Part shown: positions 1 through 11,389 of the stretch, one piece after another
Layout: every line of letters starts with the position of its first letter
Numbering within the stretch: position 1 is the first letter of the stretch
Source of the DNA: Scenedesmus sp. PABB004
Taxonomy: Eukaryota
Length of the DNA: 64,000 bases
Reading direction: 5' to 3'
Assembly (NCBI GenBank): GCA_014905635.1
Contig: JABVCE010000005.1
Span: 1,426,001 to 1,490,000, forward strand
Notes under the pieces: generated by a model
Seen by the model: the letters and a program-made list of their open reading frames with translations, nothing else
What the model was told of the DNA's origin: nothing
Database searches by the model: none
Translations under genes and position numbers: made by a program

Positions 1-3000
1 TCGGCCAGCGCGCCGCGCAGCTGCTCCGCCGCCGCCGACGCCGCGCCGCGCTCGCTGGTGAGCGAGAGCTGCAGCGCCGCCAGGTCGGCCTGCAGCTGCG
101 CGCGGCGCGGCAGGCGGGGCGTCAGCGCGCGTGCGAGCTGCCGCGGCGCGCCCGCGCGCGGCCGTGCGCTCAGCGGCCCCCACCTGCTTCACCGCGCCCT
201 CGCCGCTCGCGACCGTGGCGGCCGCCTCCGCGCGCGCCTCCTCCGCACGCGCCGCGCGCGCCTGCCAATCCAGCGCCGCGCCCTCCGCCTCCCGCAGCGC
301 GCCGCCCAGCAGCAGCAGCTGCGAGTCCAGCTCAGCGGCGCGGTGCTCGGCGGCCGCCCCTTGGTCTGCGCGGGCGGCCGTGTGTGTGTGCGTGTGTGTG
401 GTGGTGGTGGTGGGGGGGGGGGGCTGGCGGCACAGAGCGGGCCCCGAGGAGCGGCGGCGGCGCACCTCGGCGGCCGCGAGCTGCGCCAGCAGCTCCTCGT
501 ACGCGCGCTCCGCGCCCTCCGCGCGGCGCGCGGCGTCGTCGGCGAGGCTGTGCAGCTCGGCCGACTGCCGCACCGCGCCGCGCAGCCGCGCGTCCGCCTC
601 GACCAGCGCCGCCTCGTAGCCCTGCGCCTGCCGGCCGGCCTCCTGCAGCTGCGCCTGCGGGCGCGGCGGCGCGGGGCGGGCGGCTGAGCCGCCGGCGGCG
701 CAGCCCCGCCTGCAGCGGGGAGGCGGCGGCCGCCACGCGGCCCCACCTGCAGCGTGGAGGCCGCGGTGCCCTGCTCCTCGGCGCGCCGCGCCGCGTGGTC
801 GGCCTCGCTCGTCGACGCGTCGAGCCGAGCCTCCAGGCCCTGCACGCGCGCCTCGAGCTGCTGCACGCGCCGCGCCGCGTCCGCCTCGCGCGCCGCCGCG
901 TCCTTGAGCTGCGCCGCCGCCGCCGCCGCCGCCGCGCCCGCGGCGTCCAGCGCCTCCTGCTTCTCCTCCAGCGCCGCCCGCAGCGCGCCCTCGCTGCGCA
1001 CCCAGCGCGCCTGCTCCGCGGTGAGGCCGTCGAGCCGCGCCGTCGCCGCGGCGAGCTGCTCCTGCAGGCCCGCGCGCGCGCCCGCGGCCGCCTCGAGCCC
1101 CGCCTGCGCGTCGCGCAGCTGGCGCTCGAGGCTGAACGCCGCCTGCGTCGCCTCCTCGGCGCGCGCGGCGGCCGCGCCGCGCTCGTCCGCGAGCGCCTCT
1201 GCGTCGGCGAGCGCGCGCTGCAGCAGGCCGTCCTTCTCGGCGACCTGCGCCTGCAGCGCCGCCAGCTCAAGGTGGAAGCCGTGCACCTCCGACCGCAGCC
1301 GCTCCAGCTCTGCAGTCGGGTGCGCGCGGCGGGGCGCGTGAGGTGCACGTCGCGCGCGGCAGCCCGGCGGGCGAGCGCGTGGAGCTGCGGCCGGCGGCGC
1401 CGCGCTCACCGTCTGTGGCAGCCGCCACCGCCTCCTCCGCGCTGCCCCGCACGACAATGCTGCCGCGCGAGCGAAGGCCGCCGCCGCGGCCCGGGCTGTA
1501 GCAGGCGGCGCGCAGCGCGGCTGCCGCGGCGTGCGGGCCACCCCCGCCCCCGCCCCAGGCCCCCGGGCTGCCGGGCCCCCTGCTGCTGCGCGGCCCGCCG
1601 GCCGGGCCGAGCTGCAGCAGGCGCTGCAGCTGCGACAGCTCGGTGTGCAGCTCCAGGACCTGGGCCTGGCCTGCCGCGAGCGCGTCGTCGCGCTCCTGCA
1701 GCTTCACCTTGAAGGCGCGCACCGCCTCCTTGTACTTGCGGCTGCTCGCCTCCTTGGCCGCCGCGCGGTGCTGCACCACCTCCAGCTGCTGCGACAGCTC
1801 CGCCACCTGCTGCTGCAACCGGGCGGGCGCCTCGCGCCGCCGCCCCTCTGCAGGCGACGCGCGGCGAGCGCGCGCGCGGGCGGGCGGGCGGGCGGGCGGG
1901 CGGGCGTGAGCAGCGGCGGCGGCAGCGGCGCGCCGCGCCCCGACGGCCCGCGCACCGCACCGGCCTGCCCCAGCTGCTCGCGCAGCTGCTCGAGCTGCTG
2001 CAGCAGCTGCCGCTCGTTGCCCGCTGCGTCCGCCAGCCGCGCGTCCTTCTCAGCCGCCAGCGCCCTGAGCTGCGCCAGCTCACGCTGCAGGCCGCTGTGC
2101 TGCACCTGGGCGGTGGCAAGCTCTGCGCACAGCGCGCGTGAGGTGGCGTGAGCGCGGCGCGCCGCGCCGCGCCGCGCCTGCCGTCCGGCGCGGGGCGCGC
2201 CAGCGGCGCCCCGCCCACCTTGCTGCAGCGCACGCAGGCGCGCCTCGCCGGCCGCGCCCTCCTGCCCCACGGCGCGCCGCGCGGCGTCCAGCTGGCGCGC
2301 CTGGTCAGACATGGCCTCCGACTGTGAGGCGACCTGCGCAGCGGTGTCGGCGCGCGGCGGCGACGGCCGGCGGCGTCGGCAGGTGCCTGCAGTGCCGCTG
2401 CGCTGCGCGCTCGCACGGGCCGCGCCGCGGCCCCGCGCACCGTCGAGTGCGCGTCTGCGAGCGCTGCCTCCAGCGCCTGCGCGCGGCCGTGCGCCGCGGA
2501 CAGCTGCGCGCCCGCCTCCTCCTGCGCCGCGGCGGCCTGGCGGTTGGCAGCCTCCTGCGTGGGCGCGGCGCGGGCGTGAGAGGCTCGCCGCACGGGTCGG
2601 CCGCTCGCCGGCCGCGCCCCTGGTGCACGCGCCGCGCCGCGTGCGCACCAGCGCGCGCTGCTTGCTGGCGAGCGCCTCCTCCAGCTGGCCGATGGCGCGG
2701 TCCTTGCTGTCCAGCGCCGTCTCCCAGTTCGCGCGCGCCTCCTGGCTGCGCGCCTGCGTAGAGACGGCGGCCGCGCGGCGCGCGTGGGCGGCTCGGCGCC
2801 GCGCGCGCGGCGGGCGCGGCCGTGCGGCGCCCCACGCGGCGGCGCGCACGAACCACGAGCGCCATGTGCTGCTCGCGCAGCTCTATGAGCTCCATCTCCT
2901 TCTCGTTGAGCGCGGCCTTGAGCCGGATGACCTGCCGCGCGGGCGCGCGGTCAGCGGCACGGCGCGCGCCGGCCGCCGCCGCGTCTGCGCCGTGCCGCAC

Positions 3001-3066
3001 CTCATCCTGCTTCCCCGCGCCCTCCAGCACGCTGGCCGGGCTCAGCGGGTAGAGCAGCGGCTCCAT
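1..3066 (-). CDS. Multi-exon long coiled-coil protein of unknown function; 3' end runs off the window start
   Basis: ATG at 3066 (MEPLLYPLSP...). Exons encode heptad-rich segments (IRLKAALNEKEMELIELREQH; WETALDSKDRAIGQLEEALASKQRAL; ELERLRSEVHGFHLELAALQAQVAEKD) separated by GT..CAG introns. Confidence 0.75.
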
Positions 3067-3518
3067 CGGCGCGGCGCGTTCAAGCGGGCGCGGGCCGCTG
3101 CTGTGCGCCGCCGCGGCGCAGGCTCAGGCCCCGGCGCCGCCGGAGGGACGCGCCGACTCCGCGTCCATCCAAGCGACAGGGCCCACTCGCTGCGCGGCGA
3201 CGGCGCGGCGCTGCGGCTGCGCGGCGGTCGGCGGTCGGCGGCGCTGTCGTGTTTGCGGCGGCGGCGTGGGCGGCGAGAGGTGCGACTGGGCGCGGTCTCG
3301 TCTCGCGGTGCGAGCGGCGGCGGCTGAGCAGCGTACCCCAACAGCCGTCTTTTGACGGCGCCCTGCACCGCAGGCCCTGCGCAGGCCCTGCCCGTCCTAA
3401 GGCGTCCGCACCCGCCACCGCCGCCACATCTTCCGCCCACCGCGCGGCGCCGCGCGACAGCCAGCCGCTGCTTGCGGCCGCACATCAGTCGCCTCGCTCG
3501 CGCCACCGCGCGGCCGCG

Positions 3519-4847
3519 ATGGCCCAGGACGGCGAGCGCGTGGAGGTGGCGACGGCGGAGGAGCTGCCGGTCGTGGACGTGAGCTGCTTCGCAGACGCGG
3601 GCGACGGCGCGGCCGGCAGCGGTGCAAAAAAAGCAGCAGCAGCGGCGCTGCGACGCGCGTGCGAGCACACCGGCTTCTTCTACGTCACCGGGGCCGGCAT
3701 CACGCCGGACGCGGGGCCGCTCTTCGAAGCGATGCACGTGCGGCGCGCCGCCGCCGCAGCCGCAGCGCCCGCCGCGGGCGCAGACCCCCGCGCGCGCCCG
3801 TGCATGCAGGCGCTGTTCGCGCTCCCCGACGGCACCAAGCGCGCGCTCGCGGCGAGCCTCAGCCCGCTGCGGCGCGGCTGGACGGGCGTCGGCGGCGCGC
3901 ACAACTGCGTCCCCGCCGAGGCGTGCGAGGCGGGGCCGGATGTCAAGGAGTCCTTCCTGCTGGGTGCGCGCGCGAGCGCTGGCGGGCGGGCGGCGAGCGC
4001 CGGCGGGCGGGCGGCTGACGGCCGGCCGCGCGCCGCGCCGCAGGCGCCGAGGGCGACGCGTCGCCGATGCACGGCGCCAACACCTGGCCGTCGCCGGACG
4101 ACCTCCCCGGCTGGGCCGGCGTCGTGCGCGGCCACTGCGCCGGCATGCTGCGCCTCAGCCGCGCGGTGTCGCGCGGCCTGGCGCTGTCCCTGGGCCTGCA
4201 CGAGGAGTTTTTCGTGGAGCGCATGGCCGACCCGGTCGCGCAGCTGCTGCTGCTCAAATACCCGCCGCCGCCGGCCGGCGCGGGCGGGGCGGCGGCGCAG
4301 GCGGCGGCGCAGCGGGCGCCGGCGGGCAGGCACGTGGGCTGCGGCGCGCACACCGACTGCGGGTTCCTCACCATCCTGGCGCAGGTGAGTGCGCGCGGGC
4401 GCAGCGACGCAGCCAGCAGCGGCGCCGGGGCTGCGCGCCGCGCGCGCTGCAGCCGCGCGACCGCCGCGCCGCCGGCCGCAGGACGACGTGCCGGGGCTGC
4501 AGGTCAGGCTCGGCGACAAGTGGGTCGTCGCGCCGCCCATCGCGGGCGCGTACCTGGTCAACCTGGGCGACCTCGCGGCGGTGTGGTCGGGCGGGCGCTA
4601 CCGCTCGACGCTGCACCGCGTGACCAACGCCTCGGACCGCCCCCGCTACTCTGCGCCGTACTTTTGCAACTGCGACTTCTCCGCGCGCGTCGAGCCCGCG
4701 GCCGTGAGCGCCGCGGCGGGCGGCGGCGGCGGCGCCGCCGTGGGGGGCGACGGCGCGCAGGAGCCGGGCGCGCCGGCGGTGAGCGCGGGGCAGTTCATCA
4801 TGGCGAAGCTGGGCATCATGTTTGACGACCCCAGCGCAGCAGCGTGA
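3519..4847 (+). CDS. 2-oxoglutarate/Fe(II)-dependent dioxygenase (DIOX_N + 2OG-FeII_Oxy, IPNS-like), 4 exons
   Basis: Motifs LPVVDVS, ACEHTGFFYV, DVKESF, HGANTWP, the HxD motif GAHTDCGFLTIL, distal His STLHRV and RxS RYSAPYF. Three GT-AG introns restore the frame. Confidence 0.92.
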
Positions 4848-5382
4848 GCAGCGGCAGCGGCAGCGGCAGCAGCAGCAGGAGGTGGAGAGCGCGGGATTCG
4901 GGCGCCCTGCTGACGGCGGAGGGAGGCGGGCAGGAGAGCCGCAGGCAGAGCTGCGAGACTGCAGGAGCGCGAGCGGCGGGGCGCGGGCGGGCACGCGAGC
5001 CGTATTGAGCGGCCGTTGCCAGAGGGAGCGAGGGCGCGCAGGCGGGAGAGAGGGAGAGCGCAGCGTGCGGCACAGATTTAGCGGCGCGGCGCCGCGGCGC
5101 TGGGGCGCCGGGCGCCGCGGCCGGCGGAAACGGACAAAACAGGGGTGCGCGAGCGCGAGACGCAGGCAGCCATCGCCGCCTGGGCAGTGCACACACGGGC
5201 GGCGCGACTGGAGTCCCGCCTCACGACCGACAACACGCTGCCAAAACTCGGACGAGCGCGCGCACGCCGTGCCCCGCAGGCCGGCGCGCGCGGCACGCCG
5301 CCGCCGCGGCGCGGCGCCCCGGCCCGGCCCGGCCCCAAGAAGAGGCGGGGCGCGCAGCGCTGCGAGCCGCGCGGGGCGCGGC

Positions 5383-6506
5383 TCACTCGTTGTACGCGTC
5401 GCGGCGCCTCTCGCCGCCGTAGCCGCCGCCGCCACCGCGCCCGCGGCCGCCGCCGCGGCCGCCGCCCCGGCCGCCGCCGCCGCGGCCGCGCCCGCCGCCG
5501 CCGCCGTACTCGCGGCGGCCCTCGCCGCCGCCGCCGCCGCCGTACTCGCGCCGCCGGCCCTCGCCGTCGCCGCCGCCCTCGGCGCGGCGCGCCTCGCGGC
5601 GCTCGCGCCACATCTCGCGCACCTCCGCCGCCACCTCCTCCGCGCCATCGTACACCGCCTGGCGGTCGGCCATGAAGTCGCCGGGGCTGCGCTCGAGGCG
5701 CTTCGTGGAGAGCGTGATGCGGCCCTCGTCCCTGCGCGCGCCGCGAGCGCCGCGTGAGCAGCGCCGGGCGCCGGCGCCGCGTGCGCGCCGCGGTGCGGCG
5801 GGGCGGCCGGCGCGCGCGGCCGCGCGAGGGCGCGGCGGCGGCGCCGGCGCTGTGCGTGCCTGTCGACGCGCAGGACGATGCAGCGGATCTGCTCGCCCAT
5901 CTGGAAGACGTCGTCGACGCTCTGCACGTACTCGGAGCTGATCTGGCTGATGTGCAGCAGCCCCGTCGTGCTGCTGCCCGCGAGCGTGACAAACGCGCCG
6001 TAGGGCTTGAGGCCCGAGATCACGCCGTCCACGACGTCGCCCGTGCGCACGTCCGCCTCGGGCGCCTCCGCCTCCTCCTCCTGCGCCGCGCGAGACGGCG
6101 GGCGGCGGCGGGCGGGCGGCGGCGGGCGGGCGGCGGCGGGCGGCGGGCGGGCGCCGCTCAGCGCTGGCCCGGGCCGCCCCGCTGCGACCGGGCCGGGCGG
6201 GCAGGCGCAGCGGCGGCCACGCCGCGCGGCGGCGCTCCGGCTGCTGCGCTGGCGGCCGCCGCGCCGCGCAGGGGGCCCCCAGACGGCGCGGGGCGGCCGG
6301 CGCACCTGCTCGTAATCCTGAGCGGCCGCGCGGAGCTTGGACGCGGTGCGGGGCGCGAAGGCGAAGGCGCGCGCGGGCGCCGCGACGGCCGGCTGCGCCG
6401 CGCTGCTCCCGCGCCGCTGGGGCGCCGCGGGCCGCGCGGCCGCGCTCGACGGACGGCCGCGGGTCACGAGGCCCGCGGGCGCCGCGCGCCTCAGGGCCAG
6501 CTGCAT
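5383..6506 (-). CDS. Probably plastid-targeted S1 RNA-binding domain protein (ribosomal S1-like) with Gly/Arg-rich tail, 3 exons
   Basis: Arg/Ala-rich transit-like N-terminus. S1 domain GDVVDGVISGLKPYGAFV..GLLHISQIS..RITLSTKRLERSPGD. Tail rich in RGG/EYGGGG. Second intron 5732-5859 is GC-AG. Confidence 0.85.
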
Positions 6507-6795
6507 CGCGCTGCTGCCGAGGAGCGTGGGATGCGCTGGTGTGGCTGCGGTGCGGCGCGAGCGTGAGGCCGTGGGGCGTGTGGCGCGGGGCGTGTGGCGC
6601 ATTTCGGGGCGCGCCAATGAGCAAGCGGGCCCAAGTTTTTGTCAGGGCTCGCTGAACCACGCCGCTGTCCGCTGCTATCGCCGCCGCGCCGCCGCTGATC
6701 GATCACAAAGGCGCCCGCCGCGTCCGCCCGACACCCGCCGACACAAACAGCGGCTGCTGCCAGCGCCCGCGGCGCCGCTCGCTCGCTCGCCGCCG

Positions 6796-8769
6796 ATGGA
6801 GCAGCAGCCTGTCCTCGTCGCCGGCGCGGGGCCGGTCGGGCTGACCGCGGCGCTGTTCCTGGCGGCCGGCGGCGTGCCAGTGCGCGTGCTGGACGCCGCC
6901 GCGGCGCCGAGCGGGCAGAGCCGCGCGCTCGTGCTGTGGCGGCGCAGCCTGCAGACCCTGGACGCCGTCGTGCCGCTGGAGCGCTGGCTCGACCGCGGCA
7001 CGCCGCTCACGGCGGGCTTCTTCGGCGACGCCGGGGCCATCGCCGCGTCACTGGACTTTGATGAGCCGCCCGGGCACGCGCTGCCGGCGGCCGTCCTGGT
7101 GTCTCAGGCCGACGTCGAGGCGGAGCTCACTGCCGCGCTGCGCGCGCGCGGCGTGGCCGTGGAGCGCGGCGTGCGCGTCACGGGCGTGAAATTGGATGCC
7201 GGCGGCGCGGCCGTGCGCTGCGCGCTGCGCCGCGACGGCGGCGGGGCGGCCGGGGCCGAGGAGGAGGCGGCGGTCGCGGCGTTTGTCGTCGCCGCCGACG
7301 GCGCCCACAGCGCCGTGCGCAAGGCGCTCGCGCTGCCCTTTGCGGGCACGACGCTGCCGCGGCAGCGCTGGCTGCTCGTCGACTGTGAGTTTGAGGCGCG
7401 CGGCGCACCCGACGCCCGCGCCGAGGGCGCCCGCAGCCCCGCCGCCGCTGCGGCCGCCGCCGAGCGGACGCCGCCGACCACCGCCATGGCCCTCTTCACC
7501 TCCGCGGTGGGGACCATCGGCCTGCTGCCCATCGGCGGGCGGCCGGGGCTCGTCCGCCTGATCTGGAACGCAGGTGTGGCGGCGGCAGGCGGCGGGGAAG
7601 GGGGGCGGCGGGGCGCGGCCCGACGCACGGCTCCCGCCGCGTCACGCCGCCGCAACGCCGCCGCCGCCCCGCGCGCAGACGCGTCGGCCCCGCCAGGCGA
7701 GGCGAGCCTGGCTGACTGGCAGGCGCTGCTCGACCGCCACACGCGGCAGCAGATCACGCTCACGCGGGTGCTCTGGAGCAGCGAGTTCTCGGTCAGCGAG
7801 CGCCAGGTTGAGAGCTACGTCACGTGCGGCGGGCGCGTGCTGCTCGCCGGCGACGCGGCGCACGTTCACACGCCGGCGGGCGGTCAGGGCCTCAACACCG
7901 GCGTGCAGGACGCCACCAACCTGGCATGGAAGGTTGCGCTGCAGGTCAAGAAGGGCCTCTCGGGACCGGCGCTCCTGCAAACGTACCACGAGGAGCGCTG
8001 GCCTGTCGCGGCGGGCGTGATTCGTCTGTCAGGTGCGCGCCGCGCTGGACGCCGGCGGCGACGGCTGCGGCGGCAGCTCGCGCTTGCACGTCCGCGACCG
8101 CTGCTCTGCCGGCGCCGCCGCAGGCGCGCTGATCCGCGCCAACCGCATGCGCGCCTGGCCGCTGCGCCTGCTGCGTCGTGTCGCGCTGCGCTGCGCCCTG
8201 GCGCTGCCCGCCGTGCGGCACCGCGCCGTGGCGGCACTCGCGGAGGACGCCGTGACGTACGAGGCCGGCAGCCTCGCCGGCGGCGGCGCGGCAGGCCCCG
8301 CCGTGGCGGCGCCGCCGCCGCCGGCGGGCGCGAGCGCGGCCGCACGCGCGGTGTGGGGCTCGTGCCGCGCCGGGCGCGCCTGGCCGGACGTGAGGATCCT
8401 GCTGGACGGTCAGGACGCGCCCGCCACGGCGCTGCTGCGCCCACCGGCGGGCGCGGCCTGCTTCGGCAGCCTCGTGCTGCTGGGCGACGGCGGCGGCGGC
8501 GGCGGCGGCGCGGACGCCGATGCCGACGCCTGGGCGGCGGCGACCAGCGCGTGGCCGTGGCCGCTGCACGTCGCGCGCGTGCGGCCGGCGGCGGCGGGCG
8601 GCGGCGGCGACGGCGGCGCGCTTGGCGCGCAGGACGCGTGGGGTCTGCTCGAGGCCGCGCTCGGGGGCGGGCCGACGGCGTGGGCGTGCTGGTGCGGCCC
8701 GACGGCTACGTCGCGGCCGTGGGCGGCCCGGCGGAGGCCGCCGCCTGGCTGAGCCGCGTCGTGAGCTGA
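6796..8769 (+). CDS. Group A FAD-dependent monooxygenase (aromatic hydroxylase type); apparent 1-nt frameshift near 8663-8667
   Basis: Motifs VLVAGAGPVGL, AADGAHSAVRK, GRVLLAGDAAHVHTPAGGQGLNTGVQDATNLAWK and C-terminal VLVRPDGYVA. Two GT-AG introns. Confidence 0.9.
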   Translation: MEQQPVLVAGAGPVGLTAALFLAAGGVPVRVLDAAAAPSGQSRALVLWRRSLQTLDAVVPLERWLDRGTPLTAGFFGDAGAIAASLDFDEPPGHALPAAVLVSQADVEAELTAALRARGVAVERGVRVTGVKLDAGGAAVRCALRRDGGGAAGAEEEAAVAAFVVAADGAHSAVRKALALPFAGTTLPRQRWLLVDCEFEARGAPDARAEGARSPAAAAAAAERTPPTTAMALFTSAVGTIGLLPIGGRPGLVRLIWNAGVAAAGGGEGGRRGAARRTAPAASRRRNAAAAPRADASAPPGEASLADWQALLDRHTRQQITLTRVLWSSEFSVSERQVESYVTCGGRVLLAGDAAHVHTPAGGQGLNTGVQDATNLAWKVALQVKKGLSGPALLQTYHEERWPVAAGVIRLSGARRAGRRRRRLRRQLALARPRPLLCRRRRRRADPRQPHARLAAAPAASCRAALRPGAARRAAPRRGGTRGGRRDVRGRQPRRRRRGRPRRGGAAAAGGRERGRTRGVGLVPRRARLAGREDPAGRSGRARHGAAAPTGGRGLLRQPRAAGRRRRRRRRRGRRCRRLGGGDQRVAVAAARRARAAGGGGRRRRRRRAWRAGRVGSARGRARGRADGVGVLVRPDGYVAAVGGPAEAAAWLSRVVS

Positions 8770-8968
8770 CGTTCGTTGAACGCCTGGCTGAACCGCGTGT
8801 GTGTTCAAGCGCGCGTGTGCCGCGAGCTGTGCTGCCGCCGCACACGCCACTGGCACGCGGCATACATGTAGGGCGGCTCGCGCTGCCGACCGCTTCTGGG
8901 CCGCCGCTGGAGCGCCCGCGGCCGCCGCAGCAGCTGCGCCGGTCGCGCCGCGGCGCGGCCCCGCCGCG

Positions 8969-9580
8969 ATGTCCACGCTCACCAGCCTGCCCCGCGAGGT
9001 GCTCAAGTGGCTGCTGAGCCTGGACCTGAGCTACGCCGTGCGCAACATCAAGCGGTGCGCGCACGCAACGGCGCCGGCGGTCTTCGGCGAGACGCGCCCG
9101 CTGACCCTGACCGCCCGGGCGCGCGTGAGGCGGCAGGGACTTCTCGAATGGCTTCCTCTTCGCCGAAATTCTGTCTCGCTACTATCCGGGAGACATCTGC
9201 ATGCACTCGTTTGAGAACGTGATCAGCGTGGAGCGCAAGCGCGCCAACTGGGTCGTCCTGGAGCGTCTGTTCAGGGTGCGGCACGCCCCCGGCTCCCGTG
9301 CACGAGCCGCCGAGCGCCGCCGAGCGCCGCCGAGCGCCCGCCGGCCGCGCGCGCAGAAGCGGGACATGCCGATTGACCCGGCCCAGGTGGAGGCGATCAT
9401 CAACGCCGAGGGCGAGGCGGCCAGCGAGGTGCTGCAGACCCTCTACGCCTTCATCAACAGCGACGCGTTCAGGCGCGCCGGGGCACCACCGCGCGCCGCC
9501 GCGCGCCGCCGCGCAGCGCGGCACCCGACCGCGCCGCCGCCGCCGCCGCCGCACAGGGAGTCGCTCAACCCGGAGCAACC

Positions 9581-9648
<68 letters not shown>

Positions 9649-11162
9649 TCCAGCAGCAGCCGGACGCGCAGCAGTACTACGCTGCGCTCGGCGGCCAGCT
9701 CGGCGGCGGCGCGCGCGCGCGGGGGCCGGCCAGCCGGTCGCAGAGCACGGGGCGCTCCAGGTCCAACGGCCGCGGCGCAGAGGCGCCCCCCGGGGGGCAG
9801 GGCTACTGCTACGGTGCGCCGGCGCGGCCCGCGCAGGGGTGCCGGCGGGCGCCCCGCCGCCGCCTCGTCACGCGCGCGCCCTCGTCACGCGCGCGCCGCA
9901 CCGTGCCGCGCCCAGGCTCCGACGGCCAGCTGTACCCCGCGGCGTTTAGCGCGCAGCCGGACGCGCAGCAGCAGGCAGCGCTGTGGCAGGCCGCGCTGGC
10001 GCAGCAGGCCGCGCTCGCGGGCGGCGGCGGCGCGCAGCAGCAGCACCACCACCACCAGCACCACCAGCAGCAGCACCACCAGCAACACCAGCAGCAGCAC
10101 CACCAGCAGCAGCAGCAGCTGGCGGCGTACGCCGAGATGATGGCCGCGCTGGGCGTCGCGCCGGATGGCTCGCTGCTCGGCGGTGCGCCGCCGCCCCGGC
10201 GGGCGCCCGCGCTCGCAGCGCGCGCGGCGCCCCGCCGACGCGCCACCCGCCCGCCTCGCCGCAGGCCCGGCGCAGGGCGGCGCTGCCGGCAGCAGCAGCG
10301 CGCTGGACGAGCTCGCGTTCAACAAGAAGCCACGACCCGTCGAGTTTGAGCCCTACAGCCAGGTCCGCCGCGCCGCAGCCCGCGCGGGCGCGCCCGCCCC
10401 GCAAAGCCGCGGCGGCGAGCTGGCGTGCCGCAGCGCCACACGCGGCTGCCCGCGCCGCGCCGCCCGCGCCCGCCGCGTGCCGGCGCGCAGTCGGACTACG
10501 AGGCGCGCAACTTTGATGCCAAGAAGGCGGCCGGCTACTGGCAGCTGGGGCGTCTGGGGCCGCAGGAGAGCGCCGACGTGCTGGCCAAGGTGCGCGACCA
10601 CGCGCGGCCGGGCGGGCGGCCAGGCTGGGCGGCCGGGTTGCGCGCGCAGACGTCGACGGCGCGCGCGGCCGCCGCCCGCCGCCCGCCGCGCGCCGCAGCG
10701 CGAGGCCAAGGCGCGCGTGCGCGAGCTCAGCCGGCGCATCGGGGCGGAGAACGCGGAGCGCCTCGCCGCGGCGCAGCCGGCGCGGGCGCGGCCCGCCGCG
10801 CCGTCCGCGCGGCAGCGCGCCGTCGCGTACGCCAAGTCGAGCGTGCCGCGCCCCGACCTGCTGCGCCAGCGCAGCAGCGCTGGCGGCGGCGCGCGGCGCG
10901 GGGGCGGCAGCGGCAGCGGCAGCGGCAGCTCTGAGGTGAGCAAGCTCGCGGCGCGGCGGGGCCGCGGCCGGCCGCGGCGGCTGCGGCCGGCGGGCTGACC
11001 CCCGCGCGCCGGCCGGCCGCCGCCGTGCAGGGCGGCTCGGCGTCGGGCGGCGACGAGCTGGAGGCCCTGACCGCGCAGCACGAGGCGTTTGCGGCGCAGG
11101 TGGAGGCGATCCGCGAGCAGCTGTCGCGCTCGCTCGCCGGCGGCGGGGTACAGGCGTCGTAG
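8969..11162 (+). CDS. SPATA4/SPEF1-like calponin-homology flagellar protein with polyQ/H linker and Jhy-like C-terminal segment
   Basis: Spliced N-terminus [57 protein letters not shown]. C-terminal KKPRPVEFEPYSQSDY..YWQLGRLGP. TAG at 11160-11162. Confidence 0.8.
9582..9647 (+). repeat. (CAG)n microsatellite encoding polyQ
   Basis: Perfect CAG run within an exon of the SPATA4-like gene. Confidence 0.95.
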
Positions 11163-11389
11163 CGGCGGCGGCGGACGCTCAGCCCGCGTGCGCCCAGGCC
11201 GCAACCGGTCCCGCCGCCGCAGCCGCCGCGCGAGCAGACGCTCGCGCTCGCTCGCGCCGCTCGCTCCGCGCGTCCGCGCGCTCGCGCCGCCAGCGCCGCC
11301 GCGCCTCCAGCGCCGCGCGGAGGGATGTCCCAGTCTCGATCGTGACGCCCGGACACGCGCGCAGCGGCGCTGCAGACGCGGCGGCGCCG

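Noticed and set aside
8663..8667. Programmed ribosomal frameshift or pseudogene in the monooxygenase
   Set aside because: There is no slippery heptamer and no other decay; a homopolymer sequencing error is more parsimonious
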